Shown here: piece by piece, positions 43,926 to 55,730 of the stretch
Layout: every line of letters begins with the position of its first letter
Numbering within the stretch: position 1 is the stretch's first letter
Made by a program: the position numbers and the translations under genes
Notes under the pieces: generated by a model
What the model was told of the DNA's origin: nothing
Database searches by the model: none
Seen by the model: only the letters and a program-made list of their open reading frames with translations
NCBI GenBank assembly: GCA_000004695.1
Contig: CM000151.3
Coordinates: forward strand, 1,312,001-1,376,000
Direction: 5' to 3'
Length of the DNA: 64,000 bases
Origin: Dictyostelium discoideum
Lineage: Eukaryota

Positions 43926-44602
43926 CTTTTTTTTTTATAAAAAAAAATCTATCTATCTATATTTTGTGTATTATATGTTTATATTATAGGTGTATTATTG
44001 TGTGCTTTATATACGAATATAATTATTTGGTATTTATATAATTATTATTATTATTATCTACTATTATTTTTGCTGTGGTGTGTGAGAGTGTGTGTTGTGG
44101 AATAAAATAAAATGGGTGGTGGAAAATTGAGGATGAAAGGGTGGTATTTAAATATATTTAAAAAAAAAAAAACAATAAATAAATAAATAAATAAAAAATT
44201 TAAATTTTAGTATGTCTATAGACAAAATATCTATATAATACTATTGTTTAACCAAACAAATAATATACGTGTGATAGTTTGGGAAAGACAAAAAAAAAAA
44301 AAAATTTTTAAAAAAAAAATTAAAAAAAAAAAGGGAAAAAAAAGAAATTTTTTTGCCCCAAGAGTATTTCAATTTTTTTAATTAAAAAAAAAAAAATTAA
44401 AAAAATTAAAAAAAAAAAAAATAATTAAAAAAAAAATTAAAAAAAAAAAAAAATATTTATAAAAAAAAAAAAAAAAAAAAAAAGTTAGCACCTTTATTGC
44501 AATTTATTTAATAACTGTAGTAATAAACATATTAAAAATTACTATTATAAAATAATTTAATAATAATATTATAATAATAATAATAATAAAATAATAATAA
44601 TA

Positions 44603-45892
44603 ATGTCAGAGAAAATCCATATCACCCAAAACTCAGGAAATGTAGATCACACCGTAGAAGCTTTAGGACATGCAATCTCAGGTGGTGTTGCAGGTATGGC
44701 CGCTATTGCCTTAACCTATCCATTTTCAACTGTTTCAACTCGTTTACAAGGTATTTATTTATTTTATTTTATTTTTATTAAAAATAAAATTACCAATATT
44801 AATATTAATTTTAAAATTTAAAAAATAAAAATAAAAAAAAAAAAAAAATAAAAAGTTCAACAAAAGAAACAACAACAAGGACAACAAAGTGAAATTACAA
44901 CAGTTCCATATAAGAATTCAATTGATGCATTTAAAAGAATTATTAAAGAAGAGAATTGGAGAACATTATACAGTGGTTTGAAATCAGCACTCATTGGTAT
45001 TGGTGCATCATCATTTGTTTATTACTATTGGTATACTTTATTAAAATCAATTTCTTTAAAATTAAAAAATAAACAAGAACTTGGTACAATTGAAAATTTA
45101 GCAATTGCTGCATTAGCAGGTAAGTCTTAATAATAATAATAATAATAATTTTATTTATATATATATTAAATATTAAATATTAATATTAATATATATTTTT
45201 ATAGGTTGTGCAAATGTTTTAACAACCTTACCAATTTGGGTTGTAAATACCCGTTTACAAATTAATTCCGATAAGGGTATTGTTGGACAATTCAAATACA
45301 TTATTAAGAATGAAGGATTTGGTGGATTATACAAAGGTTTAATTCCAGCTTTAATCTTAGTTTCAAATCCATCTGTTCAATTTGTTTCATACGAAAAATT
45401 AAGAGCACTTTGGAGAAGACAAAGTGGTAGAACTAAATTAGTAAGTCGAGAAATTAAAATTATATATTTAAAAAAAAAAAAAAAAAAAAAAAAAGTCAAA
45501 AATTTATTAATTTGTTTTTATTTTAATTTTTTTTAAAAAGGGTGGATTAGAAGTATTCATTTTAGGTGCAATTGCAAAATTAATTGCTGGTATTGTTACA
45601 TATCCATATCTTTTAGTTAAAAGTAGATTACAATCACAATCTGGTAATGCAAGCAACCCAGAATCACAACAACAACAATATAAAGGTACACTTGATGCCA
45701 TCGGTAAGATTTTCAAAAGTGATGGATTTTTAGGTTTCTTTAAAGGAATGCCATCAAAAATGGTTCAAACAGTTATTGGTGCTGCCTTTATGTTTTTAGT
45801 AAAGGATAAAGTAGTAATTCATGCTGTAGCAATCTTATTCTACTTAAAGAGATTATTAAACAAGAATAATAAAAGAGTTTAAAAAAAAAAAC
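44603..45892 (+). CDS. Mitochondrial carrier family (SLC25-type) protein, four exons, about 300 aa
   Basis: Exons approx 44603..44750, 44856..45119, 45205..45440, 45541..45892 (donors GTATTT/GTAAGT/GTAAGT; acceptors AAAAAG|, ATAG|, AAAAAG|). Three carrier signature repeats: PFSTVSTRLQ, PIWVVNTRLQ, PYLLVKSRLQ. Hydrophobic helices flank each one. Resembles the peroxisomal/ANT-like subgroup but is not assigned further. Confidence 0.7.
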
Positions 45893-46011
45893 AGAAAAAC
45901 AGAAAAACACAAAATAAAATAAAAACACATTCACATGGTTGTGTGTATAATTTAAATTTTAATTAAAATAATAAGTCTTTTTTTATTTTTTTTTACTTTT
46001 TTATTTTTTTT

Positions 46012-46601
46012 TTAACTTTGCAAAGGTAAAATTTCTTCAGTTGCAAATATTTCAATTTCAATAGTTATTGAATCATTTATCAAAAATCCATTTGCATCAT
46101 TTAAAAGGTCAGCTCTTTTAATGAATTGAGAGGAACCATAACCAGCTGAACCATTTTCAGAATCATATTTTTGACAACCTCTCTTTTCATAAACTTCATC
46201 AGAAATTTGATTATTTACTAAATGAATATAATAATTTACAATGATAGATTTATCATCTTGAGTTTTGTATAAAAAGATTGAACAATAATTTAACTTCTTT
46301 TTACCAAAAGGGAACCATTTTAAAAAGAATGTTGAATTACCAATCTTAAATAATGGTGATTTGATATAATCCTTTGATATACCCTGTTGTTCTTGTTCAG
46401 AGTAATTTGAAATTACCCATTTATTTTTATAAACTGCTTGTGGTAATGATCCACCATTTGGACTATCACTCATTTGAACATTATTAATATTATTATTATT
46501 ATTATTAATAAAATGACTATTACTATTATTATTTTGTTGAGATTGTTGGGATTGTTGTTGTTGTTGAGATTGTTGTTGTTGTTGAGATTGTTGTTGTTGA
46601 G

Positions 46602-46668
<67 letters not shown>

Positions 46669-47377
46669 TTGTTGTTGTTTTTGAATTAAAATTGAATCAT
46701 TTAATTCTTTAAATAAAATTTCAAGTTCGGTAATTTTTTTATTTTGACCATTTAAAAGTAAACAGAATTCAGTATTTTTTAATTCTAATTCATTAATTTT
46801 TAAATCTTGTTGATTTAAAATATTTGAAATGAATTGATGATGATTATCACCCTCTGTTAAATGTTGAGATAATTTTGATCTCCTAATCATTGCATTACAA
46901 CCACCTTTACTATATCTACATTGAATGATTGTTTCTGGACAAAACGATTTCTGATGTTGGTTAATCTCTTTCTTTTTAAATGGTAAATGACAATCTAAAC
47001 ATTTTATCGTAATCTCTTGACACCAATTGGCATTATGTGATTCCTTATTGATCTTATTTATAATGTCACCACAATACTCACAAGATATCTTTACGTATGG
47101 ACATATTAAATCGTGTTGTTCCTTTGTATTCTTCCTAAAATCAGGACATTGTGTAAACTCTTGGAATGGTAATTTACTAAATTCTTCACAATTCTTACAA
47201 CTTATAAATCCATATTGACATTCCTTTAAGTGTTCCTCCAATTCATTGATTTGAATTATCTCTTTACATCCATTAACTTCATCTTTTATAAAATCAATTG
47301 TATCAAAAAAACTATTTGGACAATGAATCTAAAAAAAATGAATAATATTAGAATATATATATATATAAGTATGTATT

Positions 47378-47409
<32 letters not shown>

Positions 47410-47900
47410 GTTTATTTAAAATTATTTACTTTAAAAGTTGTAAATTTTTGAGTTACTAATAAATTACTTGATAAACTTTCAATTGATTCAACATCAACAC
47501 CACATTGAATGCAATTTTTTTTCTTTTCTAAATGTTTTTCCCAACAGTTTAGACAAGTTGTATAATGACCATTTTTACATTGAACTGCTTTGAATTTATC
47601 TGCATGAAAACTATTAACCAATAAATCAGAACATATTGTACAAAAGTATTTCTTTGATATGTTCTCTTTATCAACTACTAAGTTACTAATTGGTATATCT
47701 AATTGATTATTAATTTCATTTTTATTATTACTATTATTTTTATTATTATTATTGTGATTGTTATTGTTATTAATATTATTATTGTTATTGTTATTGTTAT
47801 TGTTGCTGTTGCTATTGTTATTGTTGTTATTGTTGTTGTTGCTGTTATTATTGGTAAAGCTTGATTGTTCAATGGTAATATCTTCTAATTCAAACTCCAT
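46012..47900 (-). CDS. TRAF-like protein 2 (RING, TRAF zinc fingers, coiled coil with polyQ, MATH), about 596 aa
   Basis: Exon 1 47430..47900 (Asn-rich N-terminus, RING CTICSDLLVNSFHADKFKAVQCKNGHYTTCLNCWEKHLEKKKNCIQC; donor AAA|GTAAAT). A 101-bp intron. Exon 2 46012..47328 (acceptor TTTTTTTTAG|ATTCATTGTCC; IHCPNSFFD..CKEIIQINELEEHLKECQYGFISCKNCEEF...). A polyQ of about 60 residues at 46535..46680. C-terminal MATH-like YKNKWVISNYSEQ. Same two-exon plan and orientation as TRAF-like 1. Confidence 0.75.
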
Positions 47901-48339
47901 TTTATATATTTTGTATATTTATGTTCTATTCTTTATAATTTTTTAAATATATAAAAAAAAAATAAAGAAATATTTATAAAAATGTTTATTTGTGGATTGA
48001 GGTTAGTGGCAATGAAATTAAAATTAATTCAAAAAAAAAAAAAAAAAAAATTCAAAAAAAAAAAATAAAAAATTAATTTATTTATTTATTTTTATTTTTT
48101 TTTGGATTTTTTCCCGTTAAAAGATCAATATTTCCATACACATTCAAAAGTTTTTTTTGAATTGTAAAAAAATGGACAAAAACTAAACGATTATAATTTA
48201 AATGGGAAAAAAAAAAAATTAAAAATATAAAAAAAAAAAAAAAAAAAGAATTTAAAAAAAAGAATCAAATTCTAAAAAAAATAAAAATAGAAAAAAAAAA
48301 TAAAAAAAAATAAAAAAAGAAACACATTAAGATACACAT

Positions 48340-48788
48340 CAAAGTCTATCACCAGAGATTGAGGAACATTTACTCTGGACCAAAATAATAATAATTTATT
48401 GGGTGGTGATCTTGTCTCCTATAGAAATAATGTTCCACAAATTGGTTAGTATACTTTTTTTTAAAAAACTATAAAAAATAATATTTAATCGATAAATAAT
48501 AAATAATAATAATAAATAATAAATAAAAAAATAATAAATAATAAATAAAAAAATACCAATTTATTATAAAAATTTTCTTTTTTTATAAATTTAGTTGGTG
48601 ATACATCTAATGAAATTTATGAAAGTTTGAAGAACCAATTAAAATATAGATATGCAGATGGTAATATAAAAAAAGCAAATGATTATATAAATTGTATTTA
48701 TTTAAGAGATTGTTATCAAGATTTGATTAGAGATAAAAAATCAAATAAATATATATTATTAACAATCAATTTCATCCAACAAATGTAA
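48340..48788 (+). CDS. Candidate small gene (partial model; first coding exon not identified)
   Basis: A stop-free frame GTFTLDQNNNNLLGGDLVSYRNNVPQI ends at donor ATTG|GTTAGT (about 48444). Acceptor TTATAAATTTAG| at 48593/94. An 82-codon stop-free exon 48595..48788 (VGDTSNEIYESLKNQLKYRYADGNIKKANDYINCIYLRDCYQDLIRDKKSNKYILLTINFIQQM*). No in-frame ATG in the upstream segment, so another 5' exon is presumably needed. Lies in the 1.1-kb gap between two annotated genes. Confidence 0.3.
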
Positions 48789-49016
48789 ACAATAATTATT
48801 GAATTGTCAAATTCATTTAAACATAATAATTATAAAAGATTTTATAAAAAAAATTTTCTTTGAATTTTCTTTTTTATTTTATTATCAATAAAAAAAAATA
48901 TCTTTTACTGGTTTACCCACAACACTTTTTTTTTTTTCTTTTTTTTTTTTCAATTTTTTTTTTTTCAATTTTTTTTTTTTCTTTTTTCATTTTAATTTTT
49001 AATAATATAAAAAAAA

Positions 49017-49033
49017 ATGACAATTTCTTTGAA

Positions 49034-49098
<65 letters not shown>

Positions 49099-49610
49099 GT
49101 GAAGATGAAAAATTATTTTGGAAAGTTTTTCATAATAAATTTTTATTTTTTAAAATTATAAATAGTATAGAAGAATTAAAATTTGATTTTCCAAATATTT
49201 CAACCTATTATGATTTAAATATTAGAAAGAAATTTAAGAATATTAATGATTTAGGTTCAATGGCATTATATAAACAATATTCAATATTAAAAGATAAATT
49301 AAAACATAACGATTATATTCATTTAAGTCCAAGTTCAATAAGAGAATTTATAAGATATTGTGATGATAAATCAATAATCTCACAAGTTTATTCAAAATTT
49401 AAATTAGAGTTCAATTTACTAGTTAACCCAATTTCAATTGCATTTTCAAGTAATAATATTCAAGCTTTAGATTTATTCATTTTCAATTTTAATTTACAAA
49501 TTGATAAATCATCATTTCAAGATATTATCGAATCAAAAAATTCTCAATTACAAAAATATATTTTAAATTTAATAATTAATAATAATAATTCAAATAATAA
49601 TAATAATTCA

Positions 49611-49679
<69 letters not shown>

Positions 49680-52559
49680 TCAAATAAGATTTTAATTAAA
49701 TTACCAAAATTAAAAAGATTATTAAACTTATATTTTTGTGGTGAATCAATTGATAATGAAGTTTTGAAATTAATTATAAATTTATATAAAATTGATAGTT
49801 TAAAAGAATTAATTGATGAAAATGAAATTGAAAGTTTTGAAAAAATTAATATAAAAAAATTTATTGAAATAAATGATATTTTCATTCAAAAGGTTTTAGT
49901 AGATTTAAAAATTGTTGAAAAATCAAAAGAAACTTTTAATTTTGGTGGTGATGGTAGTGGTGGTGATTATTTAAATGATAAAACTATTGAAGAACTTTTA
50001 ATTATGATTGAAATTATTTATAAAATTGGTAAAGGATTAAGTGATTCTGATGTAAATAATTTAATGAATACAAAAATTATTAATAGGGCATCATCATCAT
50101 TGGAGAGTAAAGAGAGTTTTAAACAGTTAAAGAAATTAATAGTTTTAGAGAGTAATTCATATTATTTAGAATTCTTTGAAACTTATGGTGAACCTGTATT
50201 AAATCAAGGTTATAATTATTATACCAATTTTTATAATTATTCTTTTCAAACTTTTAATCCACAAGGACTTCAATCTTTAATTGATTCAGCATTTGATTAT
50301 ACTCATTGGATTTATCCAATTTCAAAAAAAGATGATCCTATTAATTTTAAGAAATTAATTAAAATAGTCTTAAATGATCAACAAAGAGTTGTTGATTTTT
50401 TTAAATTATTTTATAATCAATCTAAATCTAATAATTTTAAATTTTTAAAACTACAACAACAACCACCACCACCACAAGAAGGAGAAAAAGAAGAAACCAT
50501 TGAAATAAAATGTAGAAATATAAAAGAAATATTTGATATAGTGGTTTCTTTATTAAATAGAAATATATGGGAGCAGTTAATGAATATTAGAGGTTTTCCA
50601 ATATCATTACTAACTTCAATACCACAAAATATAAGTAAAAATAAAAGAAAGAAATTTTCATTTGAAGATTCAATTTTTTATATTGAAAAAATTATAAAAT
50701 CAATTGAAATCATTTCAATCACTCATAAAAGACAATTATCAATATTACCATTCAATTTTAAAACTACAAAACATATTGATTACTTTTTCAAAACTATTGA
50801 AATTTTCACTTTTAAATGTAAATATTTAGATTTCAATAATGATCAAGAATTAATTGATTATTTTTGTGATAATATTCCAATATCAGCTATACCACTTTTA
50901 TTTGATGATGATGATGATGATGATAATATAACTACCGACAGTCAAAATATTCTTAAACAAATCTTAATTAATAAACAATTTAAGTATTGGTTTAAATTAT
51001 GTAATATTTTAGAAATTAAAAAGTTTGAATCATTAATTTATAATTTAAGTTCAAAAAGAAATTGGATTAAAAAAGATATTGAAACTGAAAAAATATCACT
51101 TTTATTAAAGTTTTTATTTGAACAATCAGAATTTTCAAAATTTTTTAATAAAAATAAAAGTAATGGTTCTAGTAGTGGTAGTAGTACAGAAAATGATTTA
51201 AATGAATCAATTATTATTGAATTTTTTCAAGATGTTATTTTTCATTTAATTGATAGGGAAATTAAAATTTCACAACTTGATACATTAATTAATATTGATT
51301 TTAATTATCAACCATTTGTATCATTCCTATTTGCATTAACTTCAATTGGGTATGATTATTTTGAAATTTCATTCATAATATTAAATCAAATTCAAAATAA
51401 ATTTTCAATAATTTCAAATCAGTTAACGTCAATTGATATTTTTGAAAGAATATCAGAAGAAATTTATCAAGATGAAGATTATAATCAAGATATTTATGAT
51501 GAAGAACATTTAATTTCATCAATTGATATGTGTTGGTTAATAAATAGTTTCCTAATGATTATACCAAGTGATTTTTATAAAGCTTGCTCCTCTTTATTTT
51601 CAAGACTTTTCTTATTTCTTTCAAGATGTAAAGATATTAATTTGGGAATATTGGATTCTATTAGATTACTATTAGAGAATAAATCAATTGAATTAAATAT
51701 TGAACCAAAAAAATTAATTGATATTTATCTTTCAATAAAGTCAATTAAGTTATCAGAATATCAAAAAAATAGAACCATTAAAGAAGGAACAGTTGATTTT
51801 AACTTTAAACTTGATTTTATTAAAAATTCAAGCGTTGAAATACTATTGGAATTATTAATTAGTGATAATATAAATCAACTATATAATAATAGTGAAATAG
51901 TTGTACGATATTATTCTATCACTCAAGATTTAATTTATTTATTACAATTGAATGAAATCAATTTATATTATAGGGTTTTGGATTTACATTATTATTTTAT
52001 TGGTAAAAACAATGGTCGTTTAAATGAATCTGATATTAAATATATAGAATCTGCTATTTTAAAAAGCCTTCAACTTTCAATTAAACTATTTAGATCAGAA
52101 AGACAACTTGTTAGATTCATTGAAAATTGTAATATTACTATCGAAAATATACTATATCATTCTTTAATGAATAATAGATTGGATTTCATTAAGTTTTTAA
52201 ATGATAATTACCACCCAATTCAACCAATAAAATATACTTCAATATTTCTTATATTTTCTTCAAATCATTTGGATATTGCAAAGTATTTACTTTCTAATCT
52301 TAAAGATAAAATTCTTATTGAAAAAATTGAATGTAAAACTCTTTTCAATCTTTTATTTAGAGGTGGTTTTTTAGAAATGTTTCAACTTTTATTAGACCAC
52401 TATCCTAATCTTATTAGTTTAGATCAAGATTCTTTCAATTTTGATGAATTTATATCTTTTCAAATTTGTAAACCTGCTATATTATACTACTATAATAATT
52501 TACCAATTAAGTGTAAAGTTTTAAAAAAGGTACTAGAAGAGTCTATTTTAAAACAATAA
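49017..52559 (+). CDS. Hypothetical 1180-aa Asn/Lys/Ile-rich protein (possible weak ankyrin-like C-terminal repeats)
   Basis: Single long ORF with two polyN tracts (49040..49090, 49590..49680), a D7 acidic run, and C-terminal segments such as HSLMNNRLDFIKFLNDNYHP / SSNHLDIAKYLLSNLK / LLFRGGFLEMFQLLLDHYPNLISLD. No confidently recognisable catalytic domain. Confidence 0.55.
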
Positions 52560-52679
52560 AAAATAAAGTTTAAATTGTTTCCTTTCAATGTAAAATTTTT
52601 ATTTTAATAATTTCTAAGTATTGTTTTTCTTTTTTTTTTTTTTTTTTTTCTTCCTTTTATTAATTTTTTTTAAAAGATA

Positions 52680-53478
52680 TCCAGTATTTAAAGGAGATTA
52701 TGTTTGAAAGCGCTGATCCTGGAATTCAATAAACTCTGAAAGTTTATTTTCTAAAATTAATAATTTGTTTAAGGAATTCATTTAGGTCTTTAAATTTACT
52801 CGGATCTTTTGAAAGAGTTATTATAATTTTTTTTTTGTGGTTAATTTCAGAGGCTCTAATTTTTTCGAGTTGAGTTGATGCATTGATTGCGATTATAATG
52901 TAGTATAGTTCCTATTTGAATGTTTGCAATTAGTTTTATTCCTTCTATTATGAGTATTGGTGTGATAGAAATTGATTTTCGTCCCGGAATAGGCATCCTC
53001 AATTATATTTCCACTTTTCTCACCTATTAAGGATCTGTGTGTAGTAATTTTCTCTTTGTTAATAGGGAACCTCTTATATTGTTATTGTATAGAATTGTTC
53101 TTGCTATTGCTTCGATCACCAGTAAAAAGTTTTTTTTTTTTATAATTGATAAATCAATGTTTATCCATTAAAAAGTAATTGATAGTTTTATTTATAGATT
53201 TTAATTTTTTAAAAGTAAAGAGGTTATTCCTTTTTTACTTTGATTTTTCAAATATATGGAATTTTAATTTTAAAATGAATTTTAATAGAGTAGTTGTTAT
53301 TGTTATTATCAATTTTTAGATATCTACACTTATGTATTTTATTTGAACTCCAGAATCAGTTCTTCCCAACATTATATCCTTGCAGGTTAGTTTTCTTAAT
53401 TTAATTTTTAGTTAAAGGAAATCTTTTTGGTCTTTTGCTCGGTTCTTTTGAAATAGTAAATTAAAAAAAAAATAAAAA
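52680..53478. mobile_element. Non-coding island of lower AT content about 100 bp downstream of the tRNA 3' end; possible truncated TRE3-type (tRNA-gene-targeted non-LTR) retroelement remnant
   Basis: An 800-bp stretch with composition unlike the surrounding intergenic DNA (GCGCTGATCCTGGAATTC, GTCCCGGAATAGGCATCCTC). No ORF of 60 aa or more on either strand. An A-run (TTAAAAAAAAAATAAAAA, 53461..53478) at the tRNA-proximal edge. Internal 22-bp direct repeats TACTCGGATCTTTTGAAAGAGT (52796) and TGCTCGGTTCTTTTGAAATAGT (53434). Its position relative to the tRNA matches the known TRE3 insertion preference. Confidence 0.3.
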
Positions 53479-53533
53479 TTACTTTTATATTCTAGTTTAT
53501 AATTTTATATAAAATGCTAAACCTTGTTATTGG

Positions 53534-53545
53534 GAATCGAACCTG
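53534..53545 (-). promoter_or_regulatory. External B box (ex-B box) downstream of tRNA-Pro
   Basis: The reverse complement reads GGTTCGATTCCC, a second copy of the pol III B-box consensus GGTTCGANTCC, about 30 nt beyond the tRNA 3' end. This arrangement is typical of Dictyostelium tRNA genes. Confidence 0.6.
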
Positions 53546-53572
53546 TGAACTTTGAAATAACAAGATAAAATT

Positions 53573-53643
53573 GGGGAGATCCGAGAATCGAACTCAGGAC
53601 GCTACCACCCAAAGGTAGCATTATACCACTTAACTAATCTCCC
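53573..53643 (-). tRNA. tRNA-Pro (anticodon UGG), 71 nt, no intron
   Basis: Reverse complement of 53573..53643: GGGAGAT TA GTTA AGTGGTA TAAT G CTACC TTTGGGT GGTAG CGTC CTGAG TTCGATT CTCGG ATCTCCC C. 7-bp acceptor stem, D stem GTTA/TAAT (one G-U), anticodon loop TTTGGGT (U33, anticodon TGG, G37), T arm CTGAG/TTCGATT/CTCGG, discriminator C. A-box and B-box-like sequences are present. Confidence 0.85.
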
Positions 53644-54580
53644 TTTTTGATGAAATTGAAGATTTATAGTAAAAAAAATTCCAAAAGTATTATTTTATCA
53701 CTTTTAAAATATACTTAAGTGGTAAAATAGATTATTTGAGTGGTATAATCTCCCTTTTTGATCAAATTGAAGTTTTTTTAAAAATAATATCCCAATTTTT
53801 TCCTTTTTGAAAGAATGGAAGGTTTATTGAAAAAAAATATCCCAGTTTACTAATTCTCCTTGATTATTTTAAACTTTATTATATCATAAAATGGAATTTC
53901 ATATTCCTTACCTCCCAATACTACATTAATACGAAAATTACACTAAAAACTACAACAACAACAACTACAACAACAACTACAACAACAACTACAGAAACAA
54001 TCAATCAAAAAACATCTTCCTAATATTTTTAAAAATAAAAACTGTATAAAAAATTGAGGCCTTTAGAATTATAAACCCAAGGAGTGGTAATTAACCAATG
54101 AATTATTCATTTTAAAAAAAAAAAACTTTAAAAGAATCCTAATAATAAAAAAGCTATAACAAAACTAGGGCCTAATAGTTTTTAAAAACTCTATATGAGA
54201 ATCAACTTACAATTGCATTACCCAATCCAAAAAAAAAAATGAATGTATTAAATAAGTTAATAAAATCTTTTTGTATTTTTTATTTTTTTATTAAATATCA
54301 GGATAGAAATGATTTAAATTTATTTAATGAAAAATCAATTCTTTGTATATAAAAAAAAAAAAAAAAGATTTTTTAACTGAAAATGAGATCAAATTTTGAT
54401 CGGGTTACAAAACAATTTTCAAAGTATTTTAATTAAATTTTTTTTTTTTTTTTTTTTTTTTTCCTTTTTTTTTTTTTTTTTTTTAATCAGTTAAAAAAAA
54501 AAAAAAATCAACATTTTATTATTTTTTTTTCCAACTTTTTTTCATAATACAAATAATAATATAACAATAATTAATAACAA

Positions 54581-55291
54581 ATGGGGTCAGGAGAATCAAA
54601 AAACTTTGGTAATATTGCTCAACAATCAAGATTAGATCATGCAGATTTAACAGTATTATTAAAACAATTTAATGCAATTTCAAAGAATGGTGAAATTAAA
54701 AAAGATGATTTAAAGAAAATCATTGAAAAAAAGTATGGTAGTGATAGTTCTTTAACAGCAATTCTATATAATTTATTTGATCGTGATGGTGATAAAACTA
54801 TTAATTTCACAGAGTTTGCTTTAGCATATGGTTTTTTAGTTAATAAAACTTTAGACGATGTTGTCGATACAAGTTTTCATTGTATGGATTTAAATGGTGA
54901 TGGAAATATTAGTAAAGGTAAACAAAATAAAAAAATAAAAAATAAAAAATAAAAAAAAATAATAAATAATTTAATATTTATTTAATATTTATTTAATATT
55001 TATAAAGGTGAATTAAGAGCAGTAGTAATGATGAATAAGAAAATGGAGAAATATATTCAAAATGATAAAAAAGTACCATTAGATAAATTAACATTATTAC
55101 CAATTGAAGTTTCAAAAATTAATCAAGAAGCTGATGATTTATTCCTTCAATTAGATGTTAATAAAGATGGTGGTGTTTCAAAACAAGAATTTATTCAATT
55201 AGCTTCTTCAAGTCCTGAATTAAAAAAGAAATTAACTTCATATTTAGTTCGTGATGAAGCACTTGATTTCTTTGGTACCACAAAATAAATT
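54581..55291 (+). CDS. EF-hand calcium-binding protein with N-terminal MGxxxS myristoylation motif, two exons, about 206 aa
   Basis: Exon 1 54581..54917 (MGSGESKNF...; EF loops [13 protein letters not shown] and [11 protein letters not shown]; donor AAAG|GTAAAC). Exon 2 55008..55291 (acceptor TATAAAG|GTGAATTAAGA, so ..ISKG|ELRAV completes the EF hand; third EF loop [13 protein letters not shown]). The ORF-track pieces 54581..54952 and 55028..55288 are in compatible frames. Confidence 0.7.
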
Positions 55292-55437
55292 TAGAAAAAT
55301 AAAAATAAAAATAAAAATAAAAAAAATAATAATAATATCAAACTATGTACTAAAATAAAAAAAAATAAAAATAAAAATAAAAAAAAATAAAATGTATTTT
55401 AAAATAAGGGATTATTATTATTATTATTTAAATAAAT

Positions 55438-55496
<59 letters not shown>

Positions 55497-55730
55497 TATT
55501 ATTATTATTTAAAAAAAAAAATTAATATTGGTTATTATTATCATTATTGTTATATGGTATTGTTTCTATTTATTTATATATTTGATTTGATTATTTCTTA
55601 TATATGAATATTTATTTATATTTATTTATTTTATTTTGGATATTTATGTTTTGAATATTTATGTTTTGTATATTTATATTACTACAATTACGCTACGACT
55701 AATTTGTTCATTTTTTAATTTTTTAAAATT

